Positions 29,045 through 39,329 are shown, counted from the stretch's first letter. The stretch is 64,000 bases of DNA from Longimicrobiales bacterium (GCA_965226375.1 CBDDCX010000006.1:32001-96000); one strand, 5' to 3'. A program made the numbers and translations. Notes: a model not told the origin generated them from the sequence alone.

Positions 29045-29326
29045 ATGGGTATAGCTTCCTTCGGATTCGACTCAGTGCAGTCGCAGACTCGCACGCCTCG
29101 GCTGACCATCCGCTGCGAGTATCCTGACACGCTCATGGCACCTACGGAGGTCACGTTTAGGCTCTCACCTCACTACGGCATCTACTCTGCTCGAGAGGCC
29201 CACGATTGGTTCCTACGCATGATGCAGGAGCATGAGGAGTTCGAGGTGGAGACGGATCGTAGAGGACTGCCGTCGAAGGATGTCGCCCACGCCGGCGGTT
29301 GGAAGGACATCGAGACAACGGGCTAG
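29045..29326 (+). CDS. Hypothetical protein
   Basis: ORF whose inverted paralogue conserves the peptide (DTLMxPTEVTFxLSxHY...EHEEFEV), which supports coding function. Confidence 0.5.
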   Translation: MGIASFGFDSVQSQTRTPRLTIRCEYPDTLMAPTEVTFRLSPHYGIYSAREAHDWFLRMMQEHEEFEVETDRRGLPSKDVAHAGGWKDIETTG

Positions 29327-29419
29327 TCAGCTACGTCCGATCCGACGCCGCCACTGTGCTTCGGGTGGTCGAGAACAGCGCTTGACGAGACACGTTTGGG
29401 ACACGGTAGCGGAAACAAG

Positions 29420-29455
29420 AAAGCGCCGCAGGGCCGGAAAGCCTTGCGGCGCTTT
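29420..29455 (-). terminator. Hairpin downstream of the tRNA
   Basis: AAAGCGCCGCAGGG...CCTTGCGGCGCTTT inverted repeat with T-rich flanks. Confidence 0.6.
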
Positions 29456-29466
29456 GCTTTTCTCAG

Positions 29467-29540
<74 letters not shown>

Positions 29541-29801
29541 TTTTTGCGGAACCGAATCGGCCACCGCGATGCTAATGATCGCCACTTCATGGCGCGGGTC
29601 AAGGTGGGGTGTGGGAGCTTCGAACGTGCCTCTCCCTCCCACAGGTCGTGGTTGCCCCATGCTGTGGAAACGATCCATACTCCTTCGTTGCTAAAGTGTT
29701 GAAGGACCTGGTGGGATGGCCATGAGAAGGCCCGAAGTCCTTCTTCCCATGCTGCCGCGGGTCACCGTCCGCGCAGCGCCTGATGAGCGAACGCTCTCGA
29801 T

Positions 29802-31556
29802 ATGACAGACCAGAAGCGCAGACTAACGGCCATCCTGAGCGCCGATGTGGTCGGTTATTCCCGGTTGATGGGCGATGACGAGGAAGCGACGATCGAAGTC
29901 CTCGTGGATTGTCGGGATGTGTTCAGCAAGCGTGTGGAGAACCACGACGGCCGGGTGGTCGACACGGCCGGTGACAGCGTTCTCAGCGTCTTCGATAGCG
30001 TGGTCGAAGCGGTGCGCTGTGCGATGGAGATTCAGGTCGCGCTGTCCGAGCGAAACGCGGATCTCAAAGAAGATCGCAAGATGCGATTCCGTATCGGCAT
30101 CAACCTGGGCGACATCATCGAGAAAGAAGACGGGACCGTCTATGGCGACGGCGTGAACATCGCGGCTCGCATGGAGGCGTTGGCTGAACCTGGCGGTGTG
30201 ACGCTATCGGACGACGCATACCGCCAAGTTCGCACCAAGCTCGAGGTGACGTTCGAGGACATGGGTGACCAAGAGGTCAAGAACATTGCGGAGCGGATCC
30301 GTGCCTTCCGCCTAGTGGACTCCGACAGCACGCGACCTGGACCGGTCTCTCAGGCTCCGTTGGAGTTGCCGGACAAGCCGTCGATCGCGGTGCTGCCGTT
30401 TCACAATCTGAGTGGCGACCCCGAGCAGGAGTACTTCTCGGACGGACTCACCGAGGACGTTATCACGGACCTCTCGAAGCTATCCGGCCTGTTCGTGATC
30501 GGTCGCAACTCGTCCTTCACGTACAAAGGAAAGACGGTGGACCTGACGAGGGTCGGAAGGGATCTCGGCGTTCATTACGCGCTGGAGGGAAGTGTGCAGA
30601 AGTCCGGCAACCGCGTGCGCATCAACGCCAAGCTCGCCCATACGACTACCTCCCAATACGTCTGGACCGAACGGTACGAGGGGACCTCCGACGACATCTT
30701 CGCCCTGCAGGATGACATCACCGGAAAGATCGTGGCGGCCCTCTCCGTCCAGCTGACCGCAGCAGAGGAGAAACAGCGGGGAAGCGAGTACACAACCAGC
30801 GCCGAAGCTCATGATCTCTTCCTCAGAGCTCGGGTTCTGTACCGTCAACCCAGTCCAGTGACGAACGCCGAGGCCCTCGTGATGTTCGATGCGGCCCTAG
30901 ACCTGGATCCAGGATTCGCGCTGGCCCTGGCGTATCGCAGCTACGTGAAGTTCCATGCGTGGTTTTTCGGCTGGAATACCGATCCTGACGCCATGGACTT
31001 GGCGATTCGGGACGCCGAGAATTCCGTCGCCCAGGATCCGAACCTGGCCCTCGGGCACTCGTTCCTGGGCTGGATGCACATGTGGAAGGACGGGCATCAG
31101 CGCAGCCTCTCCGAACATGAACAGGCGCTAGCTCTCGACCCGAATTCTTCGGAGGCCCAACTCTTCTATTCCTCGAGCCTCATCTTCAGCGGGCACCCGG
31201 AGCTGGCGGAAGCGCCTATGCTACTTGCGAGCCGCCTGGATCCGCACCTCTCGGCTCCGGCCCTGCTCAACTTCGTCCACCTTTACCTCCAGACGGGGCG
31301 GTACGCGGAGGCCGAACGATATAGGGATGAGCTACTGGAAAAGGCGCCCGACTATCCCGTCGCTTACGTGTACGACACAATGCTCCGAAACGCTTGTGGT
31401 GACGCGGAGGGCGTGCGGAGGTCTGGTGAAGAGATTCTCAGGTTGATGCCCAACGCCACCGTAACCGCTCTCAGCCGGCAGTACCCTTACAGGAAGCCCG
31501 AGCATCAGGCCCGATTGCTCGAAGGCTTGAGGGCGGCCGGGCTACCCGAGTCCTAG
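29802..31556 (+). CDS. Class III adenylate/guanylate cyclase with TolB-N-like and TPR domains
   Basis: ILSADVVGYSRLM, AGDS, RIGINLGD, GDGVNIAAR, PDKPSIAVLPF...EYFSDGLTED, TPR repeats. Confidence 0.92.
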   Translation: MTDQKRRLTAILSADVVGYSRLMGDDEEATIEVLVDCRDVFSKRVENHDGRVVDTAGDSVLSVFDSVVEAVRCAMEIQVALSERNADLKEDRKMRFRIGINLGDIIEKEDGTVYGDGVNIAARMEALAEPGGVTLSDDAYRQVRTKLEVTFEDMGDQEVKNIAERIRAFRLVDSDSTRPGPVSQAPLELPDKPSIAVLPFHNLSGDPEQEYFSDGLTEDVITDLSKLSGLFVIGRNSSFTYKGKTVDLTRVGRDLGVHYALEGSVQKSGNRVRINAKLAHTTTSQYVWTERYEGTSDDIFALQDDITGKIVAALSVQLTAAEEKQRGSEYTTSAEAHDLFLRARVLYRQPSPVTNAEALVMFDAALDLDPGFALALAYRSYVKFHAWFFGWNTDPDAMDLAIRDAENSVAQDPNLALGHSFLGWMHMWKDGHQRSLSEHEQALALDPNSSEAQLFYSSSLIFSGHPELAEAPMLLASRLDPHLSAPALLNFVHLYLQTGRYAEAERYRDELLEKAPDYPVAYVYDTMLRNACGDAEGVRRSGEEILRLMPNATVTALSRQYPYRKPEHQARLLEGLRAAGLPES

Positions 31557-31595
31557 CAGGGAACGCGCCCGCCGCCGAGGCGACGGGCGCGGTAC

Positions 31596-31977
<382 letters not shown>

Positions 31978-32084
31978 TATCAAACCCGCTGGGACGAAAA
32001 AGGCGCCGAGGCGCCGGATCTCGCACCGTTCAGATAGGTCTAACTCTAAACCCAACCGTGATTTAGAACAACGACCGAGCGCGA

Positions 32085-32693
32085 TCAGAAGGTGTAGAAC
32101 ACACCCGCACTCAACTCGGTGCTGGACTGGGTGATCAGTTCGTGATTGTCCTCGCGGAAACGGTACTCCGCTCGGACCCCCAGGTGGTCGGAAACCCAAA
32201 GGCGGAAGCCGGCCGGAAAATAGAACGTATTGCGCGAGAATCGCAGACCTTCGGAATCGTCGTCATACCTCGCGAACAACCCCGCGGACAGACCGGCGTA
32301 CGGCTCGAAGGGCCCCATGGCGTGACGAAACTGAATGCCGACCGTGAGTGCGAAGAGATCCGCGGCCTTGGCCGGCAGTGAGGGGTCGTACTCGAAGTCC
32401 GCGTCTTGCTGCACGTCCGGACGGCTGTACCACACCTCGACTTCTACCCGGGCGTAGTCGGCCATCCGGGTATCGGCCCTCAAAGAGAACGCGGGAAAGC
32501 TCGCGTCGTTTGATGGCTCGTAGCTCAGTGCTCCCCCCATCAGAGCCACGGACCAGTTATCCCTGGCGGCGGCCTCTTCCGACGTCTGGGCCGAGAGTGG
32601 TGATCCAAGAAGCAAGACAGCCAGGACCGATCCGACCAGGGGCACACGGGGGACCTGACACAGTGGTCTGAGGGAGGGGCTGGGAGCCTTCAC
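32085..32693 (-). CDS. Small outer-membrane beta-barrel protein
   Basis: Signal peptide (VLAVLLLGSPLSAQ), amphipathic strands, EPYAGLSAG, C-terminal GVFYTF; start uncertain (GTG 32693 or 32645). Confidence 0.75.
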   Translation of the reverse strand: MKAPSPSLRPLCQVPRVPLVGSVLAVLLLGSPLSAQTSEEAAARDNWSVALMGGALSYEPSNDASFPAFSLRADTRMADYARVEVEVWYSRPDVQQDADFEYDPSLPAKAADLFALTVGIQFRHAMGPFEPYAGLSAGLFARYDDDSEGLRFSRNTFYFPAGFRLWVSDHLGVRAEYRFREDNHELITQSSTELSAGVFYTF

Positions 32694-32897
32694 TTTGTAC
32701 TTCCTGCTGAGGGATCGTTTCGTTCGCGGGGCTAAGACTAGTCGTCGGGTTGGGCAGGGGCCAGCGGGAGCGAGCCCTGGCCTCATCACCGTCCGCCGTG
32801 AATGTTTGGCCCTTCGCCACCGCGGCCCCAGGCGGCTCACCCGACGGCGCAGGCAGAACGCCAAGGGTAGCCACACGGGCAAGGAGAGTTCCAAGCA

Positions 32898-34055
32898 GTG
32901 CAGCCGAGACCCTCTTACGACATCGAAGCCTGGAGGAGTCAGATCCCCATCCTCCAGACCACCATCCCCATGAACAATTGCGCGCAGGCGCCCCAGGCGA
33001 TCTCTGTTCGTGAGGCGGCCGAACGATACCTCGACTCCTGGCGCGACGACGTAATGGACTGGGAAACCTGGATCGAAGAGGTGGAGCTGGCACGAACAGA
33101 ATTCGCTCGACTGATCAACGCCGATCCGGGAGACATAGCGGTCTGTAGCTCGGTTTCCCAGGCCACGGCGGCGGTGGCCGGTGCCCTCGTGTACGACGGT
33201 CCACGCGACACGGTCGTAGTCTCCCAGGCGGAGTTCCCCACGGTAGGTCACGTCTGGCAGGCGCATGAACGTCTTGGCGCCAAGCTCCGCTGGGTTCCGG
33301 TGGAGAGGGGCGAGATCTCTGTGGACCGCTACTCGGAGACCCTCGACGACAGTGTCGCTCTGGTGTCGGCGTGCCACGGGTACTACCAGACGGGGTTCAA
33401 GCAGGATCTCGAGGCTCTGGTGGACCTCGCCCACGGGGCCGGCGCACTGCTGTATGTGGACGCGTACCAGACCCTTGGCACTCACCCGATCGACGTGCGG
33501 TCGCTAGACGTCGACTTTCTCGCCTCGGGCAACCTGAAGTACCTCATGGGTACGCCGGGCATCGCCTTCCTCTACGTGAAGCGAGAGATCGCAGACCGGC
33601 TTGAGCCGAACGTGACCGGTTGGTTCGGTCAGGCCGATCCGTACTCGTTCGAGGTGGACGTGCTGGACTTTGCCGCGGGCGCTCGCCGCTTCGACACGGG
33701 CACTCCCCCGATTCCCAATGCCTATGTCGCCCGCGCCGGAATGGAGATCATCAACAAGGTCGGTCCGGCGGCGATCCGGGACTGGACAGAAGAGCTGTCA
33801 CGGCAACTCATCGAGGGTGGTCGGGAGCGCGGACTACCCCGGATCGGTCCGGACGACCCCGCACGTAAGACGCCGAGCACGGCCTTCGTGTGCCCCGGAG
33901 ATTCCCACGTGGCCGAGGTGATGTTGCGCGAGCGAGGCGTGATCGGCTCCGCTCGGGGCCAGGTGGTGCGGATGGCACCGCACTTCTATTCCACATACGA
34001 CGATGTCGACCGCGCGCTCGACGCGTTGACCGAGGTCTTCGGCGGAATGGCTTAG
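32898..34055 (+). CDS. Class V PLP aminotransferase (SufS/kynureninase-like)
   Basis: EFPT, VDAYQTLG, SGNLKYLMGTPG, RMAPHFYST. Confidence 0.88.
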   Translation: MQPRPSYDIEAWRSQIPILQTTIPMNNCAQAPQAISVREAAERYLDSWRDDVMDWETWIEEVELARTEFARLINADPGDIAVCSSVSQATAAVAGALVYDGPRDTVVVSQAEFPTVGHVWQAHERLGAKLRWVPVERGEISVDRYSETLDDSVALVSACHGYYQTGFKQDLEALVDLAHGAGALLYVDAYQTLGTHPIDVRSLDVDFLASGNLKYLMGTPGIAFLYVKREIADRLEPNVTGWFGQADPYSFEVDVLDFAAGARRFDTGTPPIPNAYVARAGMEIINKVGPAAIRDWTEELSRQLIEGGRERGLPRIGPDDPARKTPSTAFVCPGDSHVAEVMLRERGVIGSARGQVVRMAPHFYSTYDDVDRALDALTEVFGGMA

Positions 34056-34056
34056 G

Positions 34057-35391
34057 GTGGCCCGCGAGACGTTCACGTCCAGGCTGGGTCTCGTGGCCAC
34101 GATGATCGGTGTGGCCGTGGGCCTCGGGAACGTGTGGCGCTTCCCTTACATGGTGGGACGCTTCGGTGGAGCGGCGTTCGTCTTGGTCTACTTGCTCCTG
34201 GCACTCTTCATCGGCATCCCGGCCCTCATGGCCGAGTGGTCCCTGGGGCGTCACACCCGACGCGGAAGCGTCGGTGCGTTCGACCAGGCGGGCCTGCCGG
34301 CCGGCAGAGCCCTGGGCTGGATCTTCTTTTTCGCGGTTACGGCCGCGAACGGCTACTACAGCACGGCCATCGGTTGGGTCTTGTACCACGGCGTGGCAGA
34401 AGCTGCGGCACTTCTTGGTATGCCCTTCGACCCGTCGGGGGTGCTTCCTCCGGAAGAAGGCTTCAGTCCCACTTCGTTGGGCCTTCAGTTGCTCTGCACG
34501 TCGACGGTGGTCCTGGCCTGCGTTGTCGTCCTTGTCAGGGGCCTCCGATCGGGAATCGAGCGAGCCAGCTCGGTGATCACCCCCCTGCTCTTCGTGATCC
34601 TCATCATCCTGGTGGTGCGCGGCCTGACGCTGCCCGGCGCCGATGAAGGGGTCCGCTGGTTCCTTCTGAAGTTCGAGCTCAGCGACCTGAATTCCGCCGT
34701 GGTTCTGGCAGCACTGGGTCAGGTGGTCTTCTCGTTGGCGCTGGGCGGCACCTTTATGGTGGTGTACGGATCATACCTGAATGACAGTGACGCCCTGGGG
34801 TCGAACGCGATTCTCACGGTCCTGGGCGATACGGGAGCCGGGATCCTTGCCGGGTTGGCGATCTTCCCGGCGGTCTTCGCCCTGGGGCTCGAGCCGGGGA
34901 GCGGCCCGGGCCTCATCTTCGCAACGCTACCGCGCGTCTTCGAGGGTATGCCCGCCGGGCACTTCTTCGGCTTGCTCTTCTTTGTCGCGCTCGGGAGTGC
35001 CGCCTACCTCAGCGCGGTAGCCGCGTTCGAGGTGTTGGTGGCCGGCCTGACGGACAACACTGATATGGGCCGAGGCCGGGCCGTCTGGATCGTTGCCGGC
35101 AGTGTGGTGCTGCTGGCGATTCCACCGATGATCAACCTCAAAATCTTCATCCCCTGGGATCTGACGTTCGGGACCGGGTTCCAGACGGTCGGAGCACTCG
35201 CAGCAGCCGTCACCGTCGGATGGGCCTTGAGCCGCGGTGCAGCGCTCAAGCAGTTGACCGTGGACTCTACGGACTCGAAGTCGTTCCAGCTGCTCTACTT
35301 CTGGATCCGATTCGTCATCCCGGGCGCCATCCTGGCCGTGGGTATCTGGTGGTTGCTCACAGAGGTGTTGGGGGTCGTAGGCGGCGTCTAA
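34057..35391 (+). CDS. Sodium-dependent transporter (NSS/SNF family)
   Basis: AVGLGNVWRFPY..GRFGGAAF, QVVFSLALG, YGSY, GPGLIFATLP. Confidence 0.93.
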   Translation: MARETFTSRLGLVATMIGVAVGLGNVWRFPYMVGRFGGAAFVLVYLLLALFIGIPALMAEWSLGRHTRRGSVGAFDQAGLPAGRALGWIFFFAVTAANGYYSTAIGWVLYHGVAEAAALLGMPFDPSGVLPPEEGFSPTSLGLQLLCTSTVVLACVVVLVRGLRSGIERASSVITPLLFVILIILVVRGLTLPGADEGVRWFLLKFELSDLNSAVVLAALGQVVFSLALGGTFMVVYGSYLNDSDALGSNAILTVLGDTGAGILAGLAIFPAVFALGLEPGSGPGLIFATLPRVFEGMPAGHFFGLLFFVALGSAAYLSAVAAFEVLVAGLTDNTDMGRGRAVWIVAGSVVLLAIPPMINLKIFIPWDLTFGTGFQTVGALAAAVTVGWALSRGAALKQLTVDSTDSKSFQLLYFWIRFVIPGAILAVGIWWLLTEVLGVVGGV

Positions 35392-35394
35392 AGC

Positions 35395-36291
35395 TCAGCG
35401 CCCGGCCATCCAGCGGTAGATCGCCCGGACATTCAACGGGAACCATGCGTCGTACTGGGTCCACTCGCTGTATTCAGGCAGACGAATCTCCTCCGCGGCC
35501 CGGTCTTCCGACCACCCTGCGGCGAGAGCCTTCCGGACCTCGGATCGGATCTGATCGTAGTAGAGGATCTGCCGGTGGATGGACCCTCGGTCGCCCGCCG
35601 GCCCGTGCCCGAACACTATGGTCTCGAAGCTGATATCGAGTAGGCTGTTCATGGACTCGAAGAAGTCGGGAAAGATCCAGCCGGGCATCTGTTGATACCC
35701 GACACGGTCGTGGCTCACGAAGTCCACCGCAAACGCGACGTGTGCGTCGGGTACGTACACGACCGTGGAGTTGTCGGTGTGGTTCGCGCCTACGTAGTGG
35801 AGCTCGACGCGACGGCCACCGAGGTCCAGGGACAGATACTCCTGGTAGGTGACGGTCGGCACGGGGAGATCCACGCTGGTGGCCACCGTGAGAGCCCCCA
35901 CGGAGTTGCGATGCGCAATGATGGGCACCGTCTGGCCCATCTCGCTCATGAGCGTGGGCGCCCCCGTGGCATGGTCGGCATCCTGGTGACTGTAGATGAT
36001 CGCCACGAGAGGGGCATCCGGCGCCACCTTCTTGATCTCCCTGGCATACTGCGTGGCCGCCGCCGGAGAAATCGGATCTGCGGCCACAACACCGGCAGGC
36101 GTAACCACAAAGAACCCGTTGTGCTGCTGCCAGCGATACTGATAAACCCCGTCGGCAATACGGGTCGTCTCGTAGTCCGGGGCTTGCGCCTCGGCCACAG
36201 GGGGGGACAGCACAATGCACGGGCCTACCGCCAACGCAGCCAAGAAGATCATTCGTATCGGCGGAAACGAAGCGTAGTTGACTCGTATCAT
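35395..36291 (-). CDS. Secreted MBL-fold metallo-hydrolase
   Basis: YSHQDADH (variant HxHxDH), NHT, VDF, FGHG; signal peptide. Confidence 0.8.
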   Translation of the reverse strand: MIRVNYASFPPIRMIFLAALAVGPCIVLSPPVAEAQAPDYETTRIADGVYQYRWQQHNGFFVVTPAGVVAADPISPAAATQYAREIKKVAPDAPLVAIIYSHQDADHATGAPTLMSEMGQTVPIIAHRNSVGALTVATSVDLPVPTVTYQEYLSLDLGGRRVELHYVGANHTDNSTVVYVPDAHVAFAVDFVSHDRVGYQQMPGWIFPDFFESMNSLLDISFETIVFGHGPAGDRGSIHRQILYYDQIRSEVRKALAAGWSEDRAAEEIRLPEYSEWTQYDAWFPLNVRAIYRWMAGR

Positions 36292-36345
36292 GGAAAACTC
36301 CTGGCCAGCGCTCTTCAGCGGCCCGGCGCGGGCTGAGAGTGTGAC

Positions 36346-37164
36346 CTAGGGAATCGTGGGCAACCGGGCATCGTCGAGCAGGCCGTCTGCCAGGGTCACG
36401 TCCAGGGAAAACACGAGCACGAACCCTCCGACGCCCAAGATGAGGGCGATCATGAACACGGTATAGGAAATCCTGAGAAGGTGGAATTTCTTCTTGAGCA
36501 CCTGACCGAGCCCATACAGATCCCTGACCATGTTGATGTAGAGATGGTCCGGCGTCAGCATCAGATCCCGCATGCCCTCCACGAAGTCGGCCTCGGACAG
36601 GTTCACGAAGTTTCCGAAGAACAGGATGTTGGCGTCGTTGCGATTGATGTCTTCCAGCGTGAGCGCCCGACTGCTGACCCTGGGGCGCGCAGCGAGGACC
36701 GCATAGACGAGGGCGATCAGGCACCCAAGGAGAAGAACGCTCGTGGGCAGGACCAGCAGGGGCAGCCCCGCTATGCGGGGCGCCAGCGCGGCCAAGGTGA
36801 TGGAGATGATCAAGCCGTTCACACTGATCATGATGTTGGCCTTAGCGTCGGCCAGGCCGACCAGGTCCTGATGGACGCGATAGCTGGTCCGGAACATCGT
36901 CTCAACGCCCCGCGACGAACCCAGGGTCACCGGCTTGTCCTTCTTTTTCTTCTTGCCCTTCTTGGCGCCGTCGGCCTCACCGGCGTCCGCACCGCCCTCC
37001 GCGACCGCGGCTACGGTTTCCTGAGCTGCGGCCATCGCCGAGGCCTCGCCGGGGCCCGAGGGCCGAGGCTCATCGCCCTCGCTCGACCCCACGGCGGCGT
37101 CCTCTTCGACGACCTCACCCGCGGCTTCCACAGCGTCTCTCGGTTCGTTCGGATCTACGTCCAT
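36346..37164 (-). CDS. DUF5706 / Pycsar-effector-like membrane protein
   Basis: RGVETMFRT...ADAKANIMISVN, AARPR, NILFFGNF, DLYGLGQVLKKKFHLLRISYTVFM; three TM segments. Confidence 0.8.
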   Translation of the reverse strand: MDVDPNEPRDAVEAAGEVVEEDAAVGSSEGDEPRPSGPGEASAMAAAQETVAAVAEGGADAGEADGAKKGKKKKKDKPVTLGSSRGVETMFRTSYRVHQDLVGLADAKANIMISVNGLIISITLAALAPRIAGLPLLVLPTSVLLLGCLIALVYAVLAARPRVSSRALTLEDINRNDANILFFGNFVNLSEADFVEGMRDLMLTPDHLYINMVRDLYGLGQVLKKKFHLLRISYTVFMIALILGVGGFVLVFSLDVTLADGLLDDARLPTIP

Positions 37165-37180
37165 GCGCTCTCACCTTGGA

Positions 37181-39325
37181 TCAACGGGCCGGAACCTCCC
37201 CCAACAGTTCTTCCAAGTACCGGTACGTGTCAATCTGGCTCCGAACAGAAGGAGCTCCGTCGGCGGTCACGGATCGGTTGCTCTGTTCGGTGTCGATGAT
37301 GCGGGCCTTGGTGTTGTCGGCGAGTTGAAGGCTCAGAACATGTCTCAGCTGGGCCCTAACATCGGGGTCGTAGATCGGAAACGCGACTTCCACGCGCCGG
37401 TTCAGATTTCGGGTCATCCAATCGGCCGAGGCCAGGTACAACACTTCGGCACCGCCGGCGTGGAACAGGTAGATGCGCGAGTGCTCCAGGAATCGGTCGA
37501 CGATGCTGCGGCCCCGGATGTTCGCGCTCAGCTCGTCCACACCCGGCCGGACACAACAAACGCCTCGTATCACCAGTTGGATCGGGACCCCCGCCGCGCT
37601 GGCCTCGTAGAGCCGGTCGATCATGCCGCGATCCTGTAGGCTGTTCATCTTGACGGTCATGCCAGACGGGCGCCCGGCTCGAGCGGCCTCGATCTCGTGG
37701 TCGATGAGCGCGTTGAATCGGTCCCTGAGGTGGAAGGGGGCGACGAGCAGGTGCTCGAAATCGGGTTCTACGTCCTCTCCACCCAGAATCTGGAATACGC
37801 GGTGCACCTCCGTCGTAAGCCCCTCGTCGGCGGTCATCAGGCCGTGATCGGAGTAGACCCGAGCCGTCTTCTCATTGAAGTTGCCCGTGGCTAGAAGCGC
37901 GTAGAGCCGGCTGACGTCACCTTCATTGCGCCGGATGAGCGCCAGTTTGGCGTGCACCTTGATTCCCTGCCGGCCGTATAGGGTGCGCACGCCGGCCCGC
38001 TCCATCCGTTCGGCCCACTCCAGGTTGAGCTCCTCGTCGAAGCGGGCTTGAACCTCGACAAAGGCCGACACGTCCTTGCCGTTCCTGGCTGCCTCGATGA
38101 GGGCCTCGACCACGGCTGAGTCGCGGGCGACCCGATACAGTGAGATCCAGATGGCATCCACCTCGGGATCGGCGGCCGCCTCCTCGAGAAAACGCACGGC
38201 GTAGTCGTACGACTGGTACGGAAAGTGAAGGAGCCGGTCCTTCTCCGAGATGACGTCGAACAGGGTCGGGGCCTGATCCAGCACCGGATGTGCCAGGGGG
38301 TGGAGTGGCGGGTCTTGGTGTTCGGGGACCTCACCCACGGGGAACCCGAATAAGTCGTGCAAGTTGTGGTAACGCCCGCCCAGGATCAGGTCTTCGTCCT
38401 GGAGGCCGAGGGAAGCCTTCAGGCGAGTCACGATGACGTGGGGAGATCGCATGTCGTACAAGAAGCGGATCGGGATGCCGGTATCACGCTTCTTGAGACT
38501 CTTTCTGATGGCCTGTTTGAGTTCCTGGTCGAACTCGTCGTCCAGATAGAGGTCGGCATCCCTGGAAACCTTTACTGCGTAGGCCCCCGCCACCACCTGG
38601 TCGGGAAAGACGCGGGAGAGGTTATGTCGGATGACGTCATCGAGAAACACGACGTACCGCCGCCCGTCCGAAGTCGGGATCGAGATGAATCTCGGGAGGG
38701 GCGGGCTTGGCACCTGCACCAGCCCCAGCTTCGGGCCCGAGGACCCTACGGCGATATTCTGTACCGGCTGCAATTCCACCACCAGATAAACCGTGTGGTC
38801 CTTCAGGAAGGTCGGCTCCCCGTCGTCCTCCAGGTAGGTCGGCTCCAGGAGAGGCTCGACGTGTTCGATGAAGTAGTCCTCGAGCGTCGAGTGATACTCG
38901 TCCGGCACTCCGAGTTCATCGACGAGATCGATTCCCGCATCGACCAGCCCAGGGAGGATATCGTCGCGGAAGGCGCTTCCGAAGCGCTCCTGCTGCGCAA
39001 GCGCAATGTCGTGGATCTCACGCAGCAGCTTCGAGGGATTCAGGCGACGCTTCTTACGCTTTTTCTTGAGCGAGAGAAGGGCCCGGAGCGATGCCACACG
39101 CACACGGAAGAACTCGTCAAGGTTCGACGAGAAGATCGCGAGAAACTTGAGCCGCTCGAAGAGCGGCACCGTGGGGCTCTCGGCCTCCTGAAGCACCCGC
39201 TCGTTGAACGACAACCAGTTCAGTTCCCGGTTTACGTAACGCTCCTCGGTCGAGGAAACGCCCAGCACAGGCTCGCCCTCGCCCTCCTCTTCTGCATAGA
39301 CGTCGGGAATCGAATAAGCTGGCAT
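37181..39325 (-). CDS. ppk1: Polyphosphate kinase 1
   Basis: NRELNWLSFNERVLQEA, SSNLDEFFRVRV, LLHFPYQS, ARFDEE, KVHAK, TGNFNEKTA, DRFLEHSR, SADWMTRNL. Confidence 0.97.
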   Translation of the reverse strand: MPAYSIPDVYAEEEGEGEPVLGVSSTEERYVNRELNWLSFNERVLQEAESPTVPLFERLKFLAIFSSNLDEFFRVRVASLRALLSLKKKRKKRRLNPSKLLREIHDIALAQQERFGSAFRDDILPGLVDAGIDLVDELGVPDEYHSTLEDYFIEHVEPLLEPTYLEDDGEPTFLKDHTVYLVVELQPVQNIAVGSSGPKLGLVQVPSPPLPRFISIPTSDGRRYVVFLDDVIRHNLSRVFPDQVVAGAYAVKVSRDADLYLDDEFDQELKQAIRKSLKKRDTGIPIRFLYDMRSPHVIVTRLKASLGLQDEDLILGGRYHNLHDLFGFPVGEVPEHQDPPLHPLAHPVLDQAPTLFDVISEKDRLLHFPYQSYDYAVRFLEEAAADPEVDAIWISLYRVARDSAVVEALIEAARNGKDVSAFVEVQARFDEELNLEWAERMERAGVRTLYGRQGIKVHAKLALIRRNEGDVSRLYALLATGNFNEKTARVYSDHGLMTADEGLTTEVHRVFQILGGEDVEPDFEHLLVAPFHLRDRFNALIDHEIEAARAGRPSGMTVKMNSLQDRGMIDRLYEASAAGVPIQLVIRGVCCVRPGVDELSANIRGRSIVDRFLEHSRIYLFHAGGAEVLYLASADWMTRNLNRRVEVAFPIYDPDVRAQLRHVLSLQLADNTKARIIDTEQSNRSVTADGAPSVRSQIDTYRYLEELLGEVPAR

Positions 39326-39329
39326 GGGT

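Noticed and set aside
23760..29400. Integron cassette array
   Set aside because: No intI, no recognisable repeated attC sites, and ORFs lie on both strands.
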